DNA of 63,199 bases, counting the filler, from Octopus bimaculoides (Eukaryota), in NCBI RefSeq assembly GCF_001194135.2. It is 5 parts of 4 records of this genome, joined end to end, with 100 filler letters (N's around TTAATTAATTAA, not from the genome) between each part and the next. Parts side by side here need not be neighbours in the genome. Positions count along the whole stretch, not along the records: positions 59,841 to 63,199 come from NC_069001.1; 4 more parts are not named here. One strand, written 5' to 3'. Under the pieces are notes generated by a model. The model ran no database searches and was not told the origin of the DNA. It was given only the letters and a program-made list of their open reading frames with translations. Positions 61,421-63,199 of this stretch are shown one piece after another; the stretch's first letter is position 1; every line of letters begins with the position of its first letter. Made by a program: the position numbers and the translations under genes.

Positions 61421-61560
61421 AATATGCTAAATGTAGACCCCCATATGGTCTGACCACCAAGAAAATTGTTGTCAAGAAAATTCAGCAAATGTTTGCCAAA
61501 TTATCTTGAGAACAATTTTTCTTAGTGGTCAGACCGTATGGGGTCTACATTTAGCATATT
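61421..61560. repeat. 140-bp near-perfect palindrome
   Basis: aatatgctaaatgtagacccccatatggtctgaccaccaagaaaattgttgtcaag...gcaaatgtttgc...cttgagaacaatttttcttagtggtcagaccgtatggggtctacatttagcatatt. Confidence 0.95.
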
Positions 61561-61684
61561 CCTTTGTTTTCTTTTTTTGTGTCTGTTAGAAAATTTTGAG
61601 TGTTCTTGATATAGTTTATTATCTCTAAATTGGGTGCTGCAGCTATTTTGTAACTGTTGTGAACAACTAATTGTGGAGATTCCT

Positions 61685-61772
61685 GTTCATCCTGACGAGG
61701 GGTTCATTACCGAGATGCACCTTATTTCATAATCGGATCGTGGCATTGAACTCACGAAATAGCCATAGTTGT
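61685..61772 (+). ncRNA. Hammerhead-like motif with intact CUGACGA/GAAA core and long stem II
   Basis: CTGACGA at 61692, stem II ggggttca/tgaactc(a)c, GAAA at 61756, near-palindromic atagc(c)at stem III, AUA triplet. Stem I pairs poorly. Confidence 0.45.
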
Positions 61773-62833
61773 GTTCTGACGTGTTTTTGTGGAATTCTCT
61801 TATGCTCCTGGGACTTCGACCTACCATCATTTTTATGAAACAAAGTATTTTGAGATATTTTTAATTGAGAGGAGTAAAAACTTTCTTTTAGTCGATTGAT
61901 ATATTTAAAAAAAGTTTTTTAGTCATGTGACGCACTTTAGTAATTCATTTTGATTACTTATTTTTAGTCGATTGTATACACCTTTTCTTGATAGGCCATT
62001 CTATATATTTGCAGTTTTACATGCATATATATTTTTCACCTTCTTTGTTTTTATATGTATTCCTTTTATATGCTAAGGCCATGGTAATATTTATATATGA
62101 TCAAATGTATGGAAGTGTGCTGTTATATAAAGTCGTTGACTCGAATTTGATGAATGTTCTCTAATCAATGTTTTTTTTTTTATTTCTGTCTCAATTCATT
62201 TGAGCTCTTCTTATATGTGTGTCTGTATGTATGTATGTGTATCTATTTTTCTAGTTATTCTAATTTTTACTTTTATAGTATCTTTTATCTGCATTGGTTT
62301 TATGACTGCTGTTTTATAGTGACCATAATTTGATTCTGCTCTCAAGGCTCTGATAATTTACAGTGACACTATTTAAAAGTGTTCTTTTTTATTTTTATAT
62401 TGTCTGGTAAATTGATGTTAGTTTCGAGTTCTCTTTTTATAAATTGCTGACAACTATAAGTATCTGTCATTCTACATGTCTTCATTTCTTGTAACTGCTT
62501 GTGAAGAATTGATATCTTAACAATACACATTGGAACCTCAACAAATAAAATATATAAGGTTTATACTTATTGTAGTAATACATATGAAATATAATTATAA
62601 TCATATACATATAGATGTTTTTGTTTACATACCTGGCAACCTTAGTTGCTTACTGTGAAATATAAGATAATTTTTTCAGCTTATTATACTTCAATATGGG
62701 AAAAATCCACAACCTTCTGCCCCAATAAACGACTATTGTTCCTGAAAGTTGTTTTTTTTATATTTTCTACAGATTGCTTGAAGCTCACTTTCTTCCTGGA
62801 CCTTGATCCTTGGATCTTACATTCATATATATA

Positions 62834-63199
62834 TCATCATCATCATCATCGTTTAACGTCCGCTTTCCATGTTAGCATGGGTTCGACGATTTGACTGAGG
62901 ACTGGCGAACCAGATGGCTGCACCAGGCCCCAATCTGATCTGGCAGAGTTTCTACAGCTGGATGCCCTTCCTAATGCCAACCACTCAAAGAGTGTAGTGG
63001 GTGCTTTTACGTGCCACCGGCACGAGGGCCAGTCAGGCAGTACTGGCAACAGCCATGCTCAGAATGGTGTTTTTTATGTGCCACTTGCACAGAAGCCAGT
63101 CCAGCAGCACTGGCAACGATCTCACTCAAATGGTTTTTTCATGTGCTACTGGCACAAATGCCAGTAAGGCGACGCTGGTAACGATCATGCTCAAATGGT
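62834..63199 (-). mobile_element. RTE-tail-type retroelement 3' region with (GAT)n end and internal ~66-bp tandem repeats
   Basis: (cat)n-cgtttaacgtcc...ctggatgcccttcctaatgccaacc, then three repeat units at 63005-63199. Confidence 0.8.

Noticed and set aside
63005-63199. CRISPR-like repeat array (also 37201-37370)
   Set aside because: Units are similar along their whole length with no unique spacers, no cas genes, and a eukaryotic retroelement context.

Overview
AT-rich eukaryotic draft-assembly DNA with very dense (CA)n/(TA)n/(TATG)n microsatellites and many N-gaps. Four artificial 100-bp spacers (44 N + TTAATTAATTAA + 44 N) split it into five joined segments. The SINE families and microsatellite density point to an octopus genome (Octopus bimaculoides-like); this is my recognition, not a database result. 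No complete, recognisable host gene is present, and almost all long ORFs in the supplied track are gap or microsatellite artefacts. Supported content is mostly decayed mobile DNA: three R4/Dong-clade LINE remnants, an RTE LINE, a Tx1/L1 fragment, a Penelope-like RT fragment, mariner (DD34D), DD41D, maT-like and Chapaev3-like transposase remnants, several MITEs and more than 25 tRNA-derived SINE copies. The best leads are: two minimal hammerhead-ribozyme-like motifs; a CpG-depleted segment (44.4-52.1 kb) holding a phase-compatible chain of small exons; LINEs that start or end exactly at microsatellites; a SINE whose internal microsatellite collects further insertions; a small cluster of decayed tRNA-like units; and several large palindromes. 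I cannot demonstrate a new biological system from sequence alone. All exon models are low-confidence hand predictions.
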